DNA from: Centroscyllium fabricii | Lineage: Eukaryota | Assembly (NCBI GenBank): GCA_051313645.2 | Contig: JBNRSN020000004.1 | Span: 44,516,001-44,580,000 of the forward strand | Direction: 5' to 3' | Length of the DNA stretch: 64,000 bases | In this document: positions 47,461 to 60,431 of the stretch, piece after piece | Numbering within the stretch: the stretch's first letter is position 1 | How the letters are laid out: every line of letters begins with the position of its first letter | Notes under the pieces: generated by a model | Told to the model about the DNA's origin: nothing | Databases searched by the model: none | What the model saw: only the letters and a program-made list of their open reading frames with translations | Made by a program: the position numbers and the translations under genes

Positions 47461-48971
47461 GTACTTTGCAATTTGCATGCCCAGCTAAGTGAATGGCTGT
47501 GCCAGTTAAAATACTATTGATCATCTAGTTCTAAAAGCATTATCTTGCGTTCTTTTCAAAGTTAAACCTGTACCTTTTGATCTAACTTAATATTTTGACT
47601 TTTATTGATTAGTATATAATTATGGTACAAGCCACTTTAGAAATCTCTTGTCACAGTTGCTTCGACCGAGTTGTTGTATGAACCAAAAATGTTTTTAATT
47701 AAGTAAAAATTACTCCAATTCTGTAACTTATCCATTGTGTGTATGCAGGTACTGCATCTCTATAAATGTTGTATGTTGTATACCCTGAACTTAACATGAA
47801 AGTGTTTTGGTTAATAGGTTGCCTATTCAAAATCTCAACATGAAGAACTTGTGATTTTTCTCTTTGTTTCTTCCCATAAAACGTTTCTCATTCCTTTCTG
47901 GTTCTCCCTAAGCTTTACTCTGCCCAAAACGGTGCAGATGTGCCCTTCTTCCAGACCTCTGCTAATGCTACTTTTGAGCTGAACATAAAGAGGTATGGAA
48001 GAGTTGTCTGAGGCGACTGTTACAATTTTTCTCTCGTCTTTCCCCAACCCCACTCTCCTCTCCCACCGTGAGAGGAGCTGTCTAACTACCACCTGCCAGC
48101 AGTTTCCTGATGGCATTACCGAGAACCAGACTCCCTGTGATGGTGAGAATCATTGGGTCACCTTTATAGAAGACCAATATTCTAGGCTGTGGCACCACAT
48201 AGCGAAGATATTTGTGTTCTTTCTACATATTGAGTCAATACTATCATTACAAATTTCTCACTCCAGGTTTCCATTATCAGAATTCATTCCTAGCTTAATA
48301 AATTAGTGCTCAATAGCATTCTGCAGTAAAACATAGAATATGCACTGATTAAATTTAGAAATTAACCAAACTTAAGTTTTTCCTCCATGGCCTAGTAAAT
48401 AAAGACATTAAGCCAAAAACTAGCAGATGCAATTCCTGGTCTTTGTTGAGTTAGGTGATTGTGACTAGGGCAGCAGTCAAGTGCTACAATTGGCTCTGTG
48501 CCCCTGAGCTGGTGGGGTAGAGGGGTAACATCCTGATCACTATCCAGCGACCCCTGCTGAAAACTGCATGTTACTGCACGTTGGTTGGTGACGGTAAGAA
48601 CTGGCTCAGCCGGGAGGCCCTCCACAATCAAAAAGCCTCACTGACTACTGATTGTCTTGACTCACACTTGAAGGTCGGCCATTGTCCGCAAAACTGTCCC
48701 TTTCAGGAGAGATGGGGAAAAAATGGCAGGAGGAGGAAGAGAGGGCAGAAGTAGTTAGCCAGTATCTAATTGCACGTCACACCTTTTGTATTTTGACCCA
48801 AGTGTTGGCAGAAGGTGAATCTTTTAATCCATATTCAAATTTGTCAAAATACAAGAACAACAAATGTAAGCGCATTGGGCAGTTCACTTTTCTTTGTTCG
48901 ATTGACAGAGTTGTGTGAAGCACACGGTGCAGAATACATCTTTGTGTTTCAATTCTAGAATCTACTTTATT

Positions 48972-49195
48972 ACAGCTATCTAGGCCCTGAGCTCTGGCAT
49001 TCCCTCTGCAAACCTGTCCGCCTCTCTACCTCTCTTTCTCTCCTTTGAGACGCTCCTTTAAAACCTACCTCTTTGACCAAACTGCCCCAATAGCGCCTTT
49101 TGTGGTTCGGTGTCAAATTTTGTTTGATGATGCTCCTGCGAAGCACTTTGGGGCGTTTCACTACGTTAGGCACTATATAAATGCAAGTTGTCTTT
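48972..49195 (+). mobile_element. L2 LINE 3' end
   Basis: ctctggcattccctc...ctttaaaacctacctctttgaccaa...aagcactttggggcg...ctatataaatgcaagttgt. Confidence 0.75.
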
Positions 49196-49559
49196 TGCTA
49201 AGCAGGTTACAGATAGGTTTAATGGTGTTTAAGTAAAGCCAACCGTAAAAATCGATAGTTAACTTTTAACCATTCAGATTCTGGATTTTCATGCAAATAA
49301 AATTAAGACAAATAATTCATTAGTGAACGTGGTAGTTGCAACCTAATACTTGTCTGATTTAATATTTACTGCTGGTTAGGGTATTTACAAGATGGTAATT
49401 GAGGGAAAGAAGGTGAGCGGCAGCTCATGTAAACTAACTGGGATGTGTGTTCAAAACTAGTATTTATGATATGGGCTCATTATCTGCAGTTTTTTGCATA
49501 AAAGCTCTCAATAAAAGTGAGAGCGGAGCATGCAGTTTGTTTTATTGGCCTTCACTGCC

Positions 49560-51055
49560 AGTTCGTGAGCCTTTTCAGAACCTCTCTGGACACACGGGAT
49601 GTGCCGGAGGACTGGAGAATGGCCAATGTAGTGCCATTATTCAAGAAAGGTAGTAGGGATAAACCAGGGAATTACAGGCCGGTGAGCCTGACATCAGTGG
49701 TGGGGAAATTACTAGAAAGAATCCTGAGGGACAAAATTAGTCTCCACTTGGAGAGGCAAGGATTAATTAAGGATAGCCAGCATGGCTTCGTCAAGGGAAG
49801 ATCGTGTCTGACTAATTTGATTGAATTTTTTGAAAGGGTGACCAGGTGTGTGGATGACGGTAGTGCAGTGGATGTGGTATACATGGATTTTAGTAGGGCT
49901 TTTGATAAGGTCCCGCATAGGAGACTGGTCAAGAAGGTAAGAGCCCATGGGATCCAGGGCACCTTGGCACAGTGGATCCAAAACTGGCTTAGTGACAGGA
50001 GGCAGAGGGTGATGGTCGAAGGTTGCTTTTGTGACTGGAAGCCTGTGTCCAGTGGGGTACCACAGGAATCGGTGTTGGGGCCCCTTGCTGTTTGTAGTCT
50101 ATATTAATGATTTAGATATTAATGTAAAAGGCATGATCAGTAAGTTTGCAGATGGCACAAATGTTGGGGGGTTGGTAATTACTGAGGAGGAAATCCGCAA
50201 CATGCAGGACGACATAGATGAGTTGGTCAGATGGGCGGAACAGTGGCAAATGGAATTTAATCCTGAAAAGTGTGAGGTGATGCATTTCGGTAGGTCTAAC
50301 ATGGCAAGGGAATACACCATGAATGGTAGGACGCTAGGGAAGACAGAGGATCAGAGGGACCTTGGTGTGCAGGTACATAGGTCCCTGAAGGCAGTAGGAC
50401 AGGTGGATAAGGTGGTTGAAAAGGCATATGGGATACTTGCCTTCATTAGCCGAGACATAGAATATAAGAGCAGGGAGGTTATGATGGGGCTGTACAAAAT
50501 GCTGGTAAGGCCACAGCTGGAGTACTGTGTGCAGTTCTGGTCGCCACACTATAGGAAGGATGTAATAGCTTTGGAGAGGGTGCAGAGGAGATTCACCAGG
50601 ATGCTGCCTGGGCTGGGGAGCCTCAGCTATGAAGAGAGACTGGAGAGGCTGGGATTGTTTTCCTTGGAGCAGAGGAGGCTGAGGGGGTACCTGATTGAGG
50701 TGTACAAAATTATGAGGGGAATAGATAAGGTGGATGGAGTGGAACTTTTTCCCTTGGTAGAGGGGTCAATAACTAGGGGGCATAATTTTAGGGTAAGGGG
50801 CAGGAGGTATCGTGGGGATGTGAGGAAGAACTTTTTCACCCAGAGGGTGGTTGGAGTCTGGAACTCACTGCCTGAGAGGGTGGTAGAGGCAGGAACCCTC
50901 ACAACATTCAAGAAGCATTTAGATGAGCACTTGAAATGCCACAACATACAAGGCTACGGACCAAATGCGGGAATATGGGACGAGTATAGACTGGGATTGA
51001 TGGGCGGCACGGACGCGATGGGCTGAAGGGCCTCTTTCTGTGCTGTATTACTCTG
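49560..51055 (+). mobile_element. 5'-truncated CR1 LINE, RT domain with one frameshift
   Basis: ORFs 49517-50107 (NYRPVSLTS, QHGF, DFSRAFDKVPH, GVPQES) and 50031-51026 (YINDL, KFADG). Confidence 0.93.
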
Positions 51056-52134
51056 ACTTTTCAGTTGTGAAATAAAGTGGGTATTCCAGTATTAGAATAT
51101 TTCTGTTTAAGGTTACTTTGCTTAAGGAATAGGTCATTGTGTAGCCTTCCATCTGCTTTTGAATTTTTTTAAAATCATGGCTTTTTAGAATATCCTCGGA
51201 CTGTAATTTTAAACGTGCCACACGTATATAGCGGGTTCCCATACATATTGAGCTCATTTTTAAGGCAATTTATTTTTGTTGGTTTTTTCCCCCTTCCACC
51301 CACCCAGTCAGGTGTTTAGTTTGGTCTTTCTACAAAACTAGATTATAGTTCATTTATTCGTCCAGTTGGAGTACTGTATCTAGTCAACAAACAACTTGTA
51401 AAAGATGATGATTAACTCTCCTACAGCTGACTAACAATAGTGTTGAAGCACAGATGAGAGGTGAACTGTAATTAATGTGGCATGGACACCATTCAGGGAA
51501 AGTGGGAAGGAAGACTGGTTCTTTTTGTGCCTGGGTTGTCTGAGCGACACACCTGTGAAACTAAATTATTCAGGGTGGCCTCAAATCAAAATATTTAAAC
51601 CTGATATTGATGAAATGAGAAAATAGTGTTCTGAGTTGGATATAAAACATTGAGCACAAATTATGAAATAACGAATTACACGAAGCAGCAAAAAGTTGTC
51701 CATGGCTAAGAAAACTAAACAGCACCATCTGCTGGTTTGGATAATAAACTGCACTTTGTCAGAGTTTTAAATACTGAATAAATAAACCTGAATTTCAGAA
51801 GTCTAGTAATAGGTTATCAAACCTATTGGCCCTAGCTTTTCAGCTCATCTCGTAATGAAGATTCAAAAGATGCTATTTGTTAATCTTGTCTATAAATTGG
51901 TTTTGAACTCTTAACTGAGTTAATTGTAAATTTGTGTAAGTCGATGTATTTAAGCTGAGCCACTTCATTCTTGCCATCCAGAGCAGCCAAATATACAGGC
52001 ATGTCTTGTGTTTTGCTTGAAATACGTACACTTTGTTTTGCTAGATTAGGTTTAAAGTGCTATTACAGAATTTAACATTGCATTTTAATTACACCTATGT
52101 TTCCTGTTGGTGGTTAATAACTTGCTGTAACTTT

Positions 52135-54115
52135 TTTTATCCACTGATGGGATGTGGGTGTCGCTGGCTGGCTAGGCCTGCATTTAGTGCCCATCCCTAA
52201 TTGCCCTTTAGAAGATGGTGGTGAGCCGCCGCCTTGAACCGCTGCAGTCCATATGGTGTAGGTACACCCACAATGTTGTTAGGAAGGGAGTGCCAGGATT
52301 TTGGCCCAGCGACAGTGAAGGAGCGGCGATACAGGTCCAAGTCAGGATGGTGTGTGGCTTGGAGGGGAACTTGCAGGTGGTGATGTTCCCATGCGTCTGC
52401 TGCCCTTGTCCTTCTAAGTGGTAGAGGTCGCGGGTTTGGAAGGTACAGTTGAAGGAGCTTTGGCGAGTTGCTGCAGTGCATCTTGTAGATGGTACACACT
52501 GCAGCCACGGTGCGCCGGTGGTGGAGGGAGTGAATGTTGAAGGTGGTGGAAGGAGTGCCAATCAAACGGCCTGCTTTATCCTGAATGGTGTCGAGCTTCT
52601 TGAGTGTTGTTGGAGCTGCGTTCATCCTGGCAAGTGGAGAGTATTCCATCACACTCCTGACTTGTGCCTTGTAGATGGTGGAAAGACTTTGGGGAGTCAG
52701 GAGGTGAGACACTTGCCGCAGAATTCCCAGCCTCTGGCCTGCTCTTGTAGCCACAGTATTTATATGGCTGGTCCAGTTCAGTTTCCGATCAATGGTAACC
52801 CCCCAGGGGGGTGTTAGTGGGGGATTCAGCGATGATAATGCCATTGAATGTCATGGGGAGATGGTTAGAGTCTCGCTTGTTGGAGATGGTCCTTGCCTGG
52901 CACTTGTGTGGTGCGAATGTTACTTGCCACTTGTCAGCCCAAGTCTGAATGTTGTCCAGGTCTTGCTGCATATAGACACAGACTGCGTCAGTATCTGATG
53001 AGTCTCGAATGGTGCTGAACAGTGTGCAATCATCAGCGAACATCCCCACTTCTGACGTTATGATGGAAGGAAGGTTATTGATGAAACAGCTGAAGATGGT
53101 TGGGCCTAGGACACTGCCCTGAGGAACTCCTGCAGTGATGTCCTGTGGTTGAGATGAATGACCTCCAACAACCACAGCCAACTTCCTTTCTGCTAGGTAT
53201 GATTCCAACCAATGGAGAGTTTTCCCCTTGATTCCCATTGACTTCAGCTTTGCCAGGACTCCTTGATGCCACACTCGATCAAATGCTGCCTTGATGTCAA
53301 GGGCAGTCACTCTCACTTCACCTCTTGAGTTCAGCTCTTTTGTCCATGTTTGGACCAAGGCTGTAATGAGGTCAGGAGCTGAGTGGCCCTGGCAGAACCC
53401 AAACTGGGCATCAGTTAGCAGGTTATTGCTGAGTAAGTGCCGCTTGATAGCACTGTCGACGACACCTTCCATCACTTTGCTGATGATTGAGAGTAGACTG
53501 ATGGGACGGTAATTGGCCGGGTCGGATTTGTCCTGCTTTTTGTAGACAGGACATACTTGGGCAATTTTCCACATTGCTGGGTAGATGCCAGTGTTGTAGC
53601 TGTACTGGAACAGCTTGGCTAGGGGTGCAGCTAGTTCTGGAGCACAAGTCTTCAGTACTATTGCCGGAATGTTGTCAGGGCCCATAGCCTTTGCAGTATC
53701 CAGTGTCTTCAGCCGTTTCTTGACATCACGTGGAGTGAATTGAATGGGCTGAAGACTGTGATGCTGGGGACCTCAGGAGGAGGCTGAGATGGATCATCCA
53801 CTCGGCATTTCTGGCTGAAGATAGTTGCAAATGCCTTGTCTTTTGCGTGCTGGGCTCCACCATCATTGAGGATGGGGATATTTTGGGAGCCTCCTCCTCC
53901 TGTTAACTGTTTAATTGTCCACCACCACTCACGACTGGATATGGCAGGACTGCAGAGCTTTGATTTGATCCGATGGTTGTGAGATCGCTTAGCTCTGTCT
54001 ATCGCATGTTGCTTCTGTTGTTTGGCATGCAAGTAGTCCTGTGTTGTAGCCTCACCAGGTTGACACCTCATTTTTCGGTATGCCTGGTGCTGTTCCCGGC
54101 ATGCTCTCCTGAACT
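52135..54115 (-). mobile_element. CR1-group LINE of a second lineage, 5'-truncated
   Basis: ORFs 53709-54134, 52789-53685 (NYRPISLLS, DIKAAFDRVWH, GVPQGSVLGP, FADD) and 52197-52844. Confidence 0.88.
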
Positions 54116-54454
54116 CTTGATAATTAAAATGCAATGCATGTATAATGTAATAACATTTTTAAAGGGAAAATTAAAAACTGCGCTGTGACTTGTTCTGGCT
54201 GAAATTCAATACTTGAGTCTTCATACGATTCCTCTTTTTTACTGCATTCTTTGAGATTCTCTCTACATTGCACATTGTTCTCAGGCCTTTGCTAATGGTG
54301 CTCTTGAATCAGCTGTTTTAAGTCTGGGAGATTAGCAGGTGATTCTCTTCTCCACTAAAGGGAAGGACCTCTTGGGATTAAATTGGGAATTCACCATGTG
54401 TGGCATAGTCCTTGATGCACATTTAATGCTGGGTTAGGTTATTTGCTAGATGAA

Positions 54455-54583
54455 TGCAAGAGGTCACACAACACCAGGTTATAGTCCAACAGTTTTATTT
54501 GAAATCACTGTTGGACTAAAACCTGGTGTTGTGTGACTTCTTGCATTTGTCCACCCCAGTTCAACACCGGCACCTCCACATCA
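54455..54583. mobile_element. Penelope-like fold-back remnant
   Basis: ~38-bp inverted repeat; flanked by a 12-bp near-duplication ttg(c/t)tagatgaa (54443-54454 and 54584-54595). Confidence 0.65.
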
Positions 54584-55059
54584 TTGTTAGATGAAGGCTG
54601 AGAAAGATGCCACCTGCTTTTCTTTTAACTTAGTTTTCAAATAAAATATACCAGTTTTAATTAATAATGATTTTAACAATCTTAAAAATATAAAATTCTG
54701 TTCTTCCACCAGTCGATCTGATGTGTGCACTACTCCAGACTAGTTTACGGGAGTTACATTATATTGAGGTGTGTTGTGCTCCTGATTCACTTTAGACTTG
54801 GCACTTCTTTAATAAGTAAGATGTACCATGCCCCTCAACATGAAGAGTTCCCAATCTGTGCTGCACAGCTTTCCCACAAAGAGTGGGAAAGTTGTCTCCA
54901 GTCCACATTTCTCTCCTATTCGCCTGCTTAGAGCAGCATTGGCAGAAGCTCAAGAATCTTTCCCTGCTCAATTGGCTGTAGTTAGTTCATGACCACCGAT
55001 GAACATATTGCGGCGGCGGGGGGGGGGGGGCGTGGAATAAAGGTCGGTGATTTTTCAGG

Positions 55060-57068
55060 CCCAGTCGAGCAGCAGCGGGAGCGGTGGCAGAATTAGAGAG
55101 TGACATCACAGTACAGAAAGTGACACCGGTGCAGGGGAAGCATCTGATTGGGTGAGTACGGCCAGGTGAGTATTTATACTATATAGTTTGACAGTTAAGG
55201 TTAATCATTTATAAGGTTTAAAATGGCTTAATTTTGTGATATATAGTTGCTAAAGTCTCTGTGGTGTAGCGGGGAGTGCTAGGAAACAAGGACCCTTGAG
55301 TATTATCATTTAATTGTAGTGTAATTAGTGGTATTGATTTGATTTAATTTAATTTGTATGAATTAAAGGGCAAGACTTGGCAGCACAGCTCGGCCCCGTG
55401 GCATGCTCCTCCTGCACTATGTGGGAAATCAGGGACACTTCCTGTGTCCCTGACGACCATGTGTGCGGGAAGTGTATCCAGCTGCAGCTAGTGACAGAAT
55501 GCTAGTGGAGCTGCGAATAGATACATACTGGAGAATATGCGATGCTGAGGACATCGTGGATATCACATTTAATCAGTGGCTCACACCACAGGTAAAAGCT
55601 GCACAGGCAGGAAGGGAATGGGTGACCACCAGGCAGAGTAGTAGGCGCAAGCAGTTAGTGCAGGGGTCCCTTTTAGCCATCCCCCTCTCAAACAGATATA
55701 CTGCTTTGGATATTGTTGAGGGAGATGGCTTATCGGGGGAATGCAGCAGCAGCCAACTTCCTGATACCGTGGGTGTTTCTGCTGCACAGGATGGGAGGAA
55801 AAAGAGTGGGAGAGCTATAGTAATAGGAAATCCTATTGTAAGGGGAATAGATAGGCGTTTCTGTGGCCGCAAACGAGACTCCAGGATGGTATGTTGCCTC
55901 CCTGGTGCAAGGGTCAAGGATGTCTCGAAGTGGCTGCAGAGCATTCTGGAGGTGGAGGATGAACAGCCAGTTGTCGTGGTGCAGATAGGTACCAAAGATA
56001 TAGGTAAAAACCGGGATGAGGTCCTAAAAGCTGAATATAGGGATTTAGGAGGTAAATTAAAAAAACAGGACCTCCAAGGTAGTCATTTCAGGATCGCTAC
56101 CAGTGCCATGTGCTAGTCAGAGTAGAAATTGAAGGATATTTCAGGCAAATACATGGCTAGAGGAATGTTGCAAGGGGGAGGGATTGAAATTCCTGGGTCA
56201 TTAGAACCGGTTCTGGGGGAGCTGGGACCAGTACAAACTGGACGGTTTCCACCTGGACAGGACCGGGACGATGTGTTTGCTAGTGCTGTTGGGGAGGGTT
56301 TAAACTAAAATGGCAGGGGGTTGGGAACCTGTGCAGGGAGACAGAGGAAAGGGAACCAAGGATAGAAGCAAAAGACACGAAGGAGAAAAACAAAAGTGGC
56401 AGTCAGAGAAATCAAGGGTTTAAATCAAACATGGCCACAGTAAATAATCATTCTAAAAGGTCTAAGTGTGTTTAAAAGAAACAAGCCTGAAGGCTTTGTA
56501 TCTTAATGCGAGGAACATTCATAATAAGGCGGATGAATTTGCTGCGCAAATAGATGTAAATGGATAGGATATGATTGGAATTACAGAAACATGGCTCCAG
56601 GGTGACCAAGGCTGGGAACTCAACATCCAGGGGTATTCACTATTCAGGAAAGACAGCCAAAAAGGAAAAGGAGGTGGATAGCATTGCTGGTGAAAGAGGA
56701 GATTAACACAATTGTCAGGAAGGACATTAACTCTGATGATGTGGAATCTGTATGGGTAGAGCTGAGAAATACCAAGGGGCGGAAAATGTTAGTGGGAGTT
56801 GTATACAGACCCACAAACAGTAAAGCGGAGGTTGGGGATTGGATTTTATTGGGAAATTAGAGATGCGTGCAATAAGGGCACTGCAGTTCTCATGGGTGAC
56901 TTTAATCTACATATCGATTGGGCTAATCAAATTAGTAACAATACTGTGGAGGAAGAATTCCTGGAGTGTATACGGGATGGTTTCCTGGACCAATATGTCG
57001 AGGAACCAACTAGAGATCAGGCCATCTTAGACTGGGTATTATGTAATGAGAAAGGATTAATTAGCAGT
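55060..57068 (+). mobile_element. CR1 LINE 5' half: 5'UTR, ORF1 pseudogene (~55377-56308; Zn finger + SGNH esterase) and APE endonuclease
   Basis: CSSCTMWE...CGKC; IVIGNPIVRG.DRRFCG...VCCLPGARVKDV; LYLNAR.IHNK, ITETWL, MGDFNL, EEPTRDQAILDWVLCN. Confidence 0.9.
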
Positions 57069-57823
57069 TATCGTGTCTCTCTAAAATGCCCCAAAGTGCT
57101 TCACAGACATTTAATTTGCAGTAACTGTAAACACAAAGCTCACTGGGTATAATGTTTTAAGCAAATATTGCCAAGAAAACCATAATGAATTTGACCTGAA
57201 ATTTTACTATAACTACTATCTAATTGGAGAATTTCAGTGTTAAAATGTCCAAGTTCTCATTGAATGAAGTTAGAATCTTTTTAGCATTCCATTAGGTACC
57301 TGCACAATAGCTATGATGATGTGGTTACAAGATCCCCCATATCGTGAGATACTATCTGTTGTTTGCCCATACAACTTCTGTTTCTCATTGATTTAAAATG
57401 TTTAATATTTGGATGTGCACAAACTAATAACATACCACCCCTTAGAGTACAAATAAAATAATTTCTCGGGTGCTAATTCGTTTACTAGGTATTTTACCAT
57501 GTACCCATAGTGGGTTTTTAAATTTGCCTGGAAAACCGGTCTCCATAATTCTGCCACTGCCAGTCATCAGCTATTCACCGGTAGGTGCGTGAGCACAGGA
57601 ATAGCTTACTTTTCCCTCCTCCCGTGTGATTACCTTTCACTCTGGACAAAATGGCACAGCCTGTGCCCAAATCCAGTCATTCCATGACTCAACACGCTGC
57701 CCTTGCATTCTGTAATGCAGATATTTGAATGTAATATTTAAGTCCTTTCTCCTTAAATGGTGTTGAACATTTTGAAATATCAATCTCATTTGCTAGATAT
57801 ATGTAACAGATAAATACAGCATT

Positions 57824-59600
57824 ATAGAAATATAGAAACATAGAAGATAGGAGCAGGCCATTCGGCCCTTCGAGCCTGCTCCACCATTCAATTAGATCAT
57901 GACTAATGTTTCAGATTCAGTACCCTGTCCCTGCCTTCTCCCCATATCACTTGATCCCTTCAGCCTGAAGAAATATATCCAACTCCTTCTTGAATATATT
58001 TAATGAACGGCCTCCACCGCCCTTTGTGGCAGAGAATTCCACAGGTTCACCACTCTGGGTGAAGAAATTCCCCCTCATCTCAGTCCTAAATGGCTGTCCC
58101 CTTATCATTAGACTATGTCCCCTGGTTCTGGACTCCCCTTTCATCTGAAACATCCTTCCTGCATCCAGTTTGTCCAGGCCTGACAGAATTTTATAGGCTT
58201 CGATGAGATCCCCTCTCAATCGTCTGAACTCCAGTGAGTATAAGCCCAATTGACTCAATCTCTCCCCATACGTCATTCCTGCCATCCCAGGTATCAGCCT
58301 GGTGAATCTTCGCTGCACTCCTTCAATGGCAAGAACGTCCTTCCTCAGATGAGGCGACCAAAACTGCACACAATACTCGAGGTGTGGTCTCACCAAGGTC
58401 CTGTAGAGCTGCAGCAAGACGTCCTTGTTCTTGTATTCGAACCCTCTTGCTACGAAGGCCAACATACCATTTGCCTTCTTAACTGCCTGTTACACCTGCA
58501 TGCTTACCTTCAGTGACTGGTGCACAAGAACACCCAGGTCTCTTTGCACTTCCCCATCTCCCAATCTATTGCCATTCAAATAATAATCTGCCCTCCTGTT
58601 TTTGCCACCAAAGTGGATAACCTCACATTTATCCACATTATAGTGCATTTGCCATATATCTGCCCAAACCCCCGACCTGTCCAAATTGCATTGGAGTTTC
58701 TCGACATCCTCCTCACAGCATACCCTCCCACCCAGCTTTGTGTCGTCTGCAAATTTGGAGATATTACATCCAATTCCCTCGTCCAGATCCTTAATATATA
58801 TTGTGAACAGCTGGGGTCCAAGGACCGATCCTTGCGGTACCCCACTAGTCACTGCCCGCCACTCGGAAAACGACCCGTTTATTCCAACTCTCTATTTTCT
58901 ATCTGCCAACCAGTTCTCTATCCAAGTCAATACCTTGCCCCCAATCCCATTAGCCTTACTTTGCACGCTAATCTTTTATGAGGGACCTTATCGAAAGCTT
59001 TCTGAAAGTCCAAATACACCACGTCCACTGGTTCTCCCCTATCTATTTTACCAGTTACATCCTCAAAAAAAATTCCAGTAGATTAGTCGAGCCCGATTTA
59101 CCTTTTGTAAATCCATGTTGACCCTGTCCGATCCCATCAATGGTTTTTAAGTGTACTGCTATTACATCTTTTATAATGGACTCTAGCATTTTCCCCACTA
59201 CCGATGTCAGGCTTACTGGTCTATAATTCCCCGCTTTTTCTCTACTCCCTTTTTTGAATAGTGGGGTAACATTAGCTACCCTCCAATCCATGGGTACTGT
59301 TCCAGAGTCTATCAAGTTCTGGAAGATGATCAGCAATGCATCTGCTATCTCCAGGGCCACTTCCTTAAGTACCCTAAGATGTAGATTATCAGGCCCTGGG
59401 GATTTGTCGGCCTTCAATCCGTTCAACTTCCCCAACACCATATCCCTACAAATACTGATTTCTATCAGTTCCTCCCTCTCATTAGTCCCTATGTTTCCCG
59501 ACATCTCTGGGAGGTTATTTGTGTCCTCCTTTGTGAAGACAGAACCAAAATATGTATTTAATTGGTCTGCCATTTCCTTGTTCCCCTGTTCCCCATTATA
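57824..59600 (-). mobile_element. CR1 (HER1-type) LINE 3' half: RT to tail
   Basis: ORFs 59055-59573, 58490-58852 and 57947-58465; tagaaatatagaaacatagaa tail. Confidence 0.93.
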
Positions 59601-60181
59601 TATTCCCCATTATATATATCTATAAAAGCTTTTGGTTCTAACCGGTCATTAAAGCCTAGAAATATATTTTTCATTCAGATCTATTTGATTAAACTCTAAT
59701 CCTTTCATACGCTTGGTTTCCATGCAGACATTGAAAGCTTAATTTGTACAACTTTAGTGTGTAAACTTTTACAAAACAAAGCAGTTAATTAACTGCACAT
59801 TTGAGTGCCAAGTGGCCAGTGTCTAAAATTGGGTAGAAGTAGTATATTATAATGAGTTTCAACCACCATTAAGGTCATTTGTATAGCCCTTAGCAACTTA
59901 GTTTGTTTTTGCCTGTAACTTTTTAATGATTTTGATTATTCAGGCTACCATCTAATATTTAAATGTTATTTTTGAAAACCCACATATCTAGAATAAATTA
60001 TAATTACTTTGTCCTTAATGATATGGTTTTTAAAAAAAACACCATTTTGAAATAACAGGAAGCTGCGTACATTTTAAGTGATGAATTGTATGGTTCTAAT
60101 TTTAGAGACATTTTTGGGACAGGGACTATGTAAGTGTACTGCAAAACGATGACCTAAATATCAAACCAATGCATTTCCTAG

Positions 60182-60431
60182 ACTACGAGCATCTGCACAG
60201 TATACTGCGGAAGAACAGCAGGCAAGTGAAGCCAAAGAATTGACAGAACAAGGTCAGCATGAAGAGCCAGACATCTCCACACTGAGCCTGGCAGAAAAGA
60301 TGGCCCTGTTCAATCGCCTTTCGCAACCTGTGACTAAAGTAAAAGCAGCAAGGAGTAGAAGCGATACGAGGCAGAGACGGTCAAATGCCCGATATCAGAC
60401 TCAACCAATTACACTGGGCGAAGTTGAACAG
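60182..60431 (+). CDS. SVIL: SVIL exon (LRASAQ...[21 protein letters not shown]...[16 protein letters not shown])
   Basis: Acceptor ttcctag|actacg, donor aacag|gtatgt; ORF 60240-60455. Confidence 0.95.
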
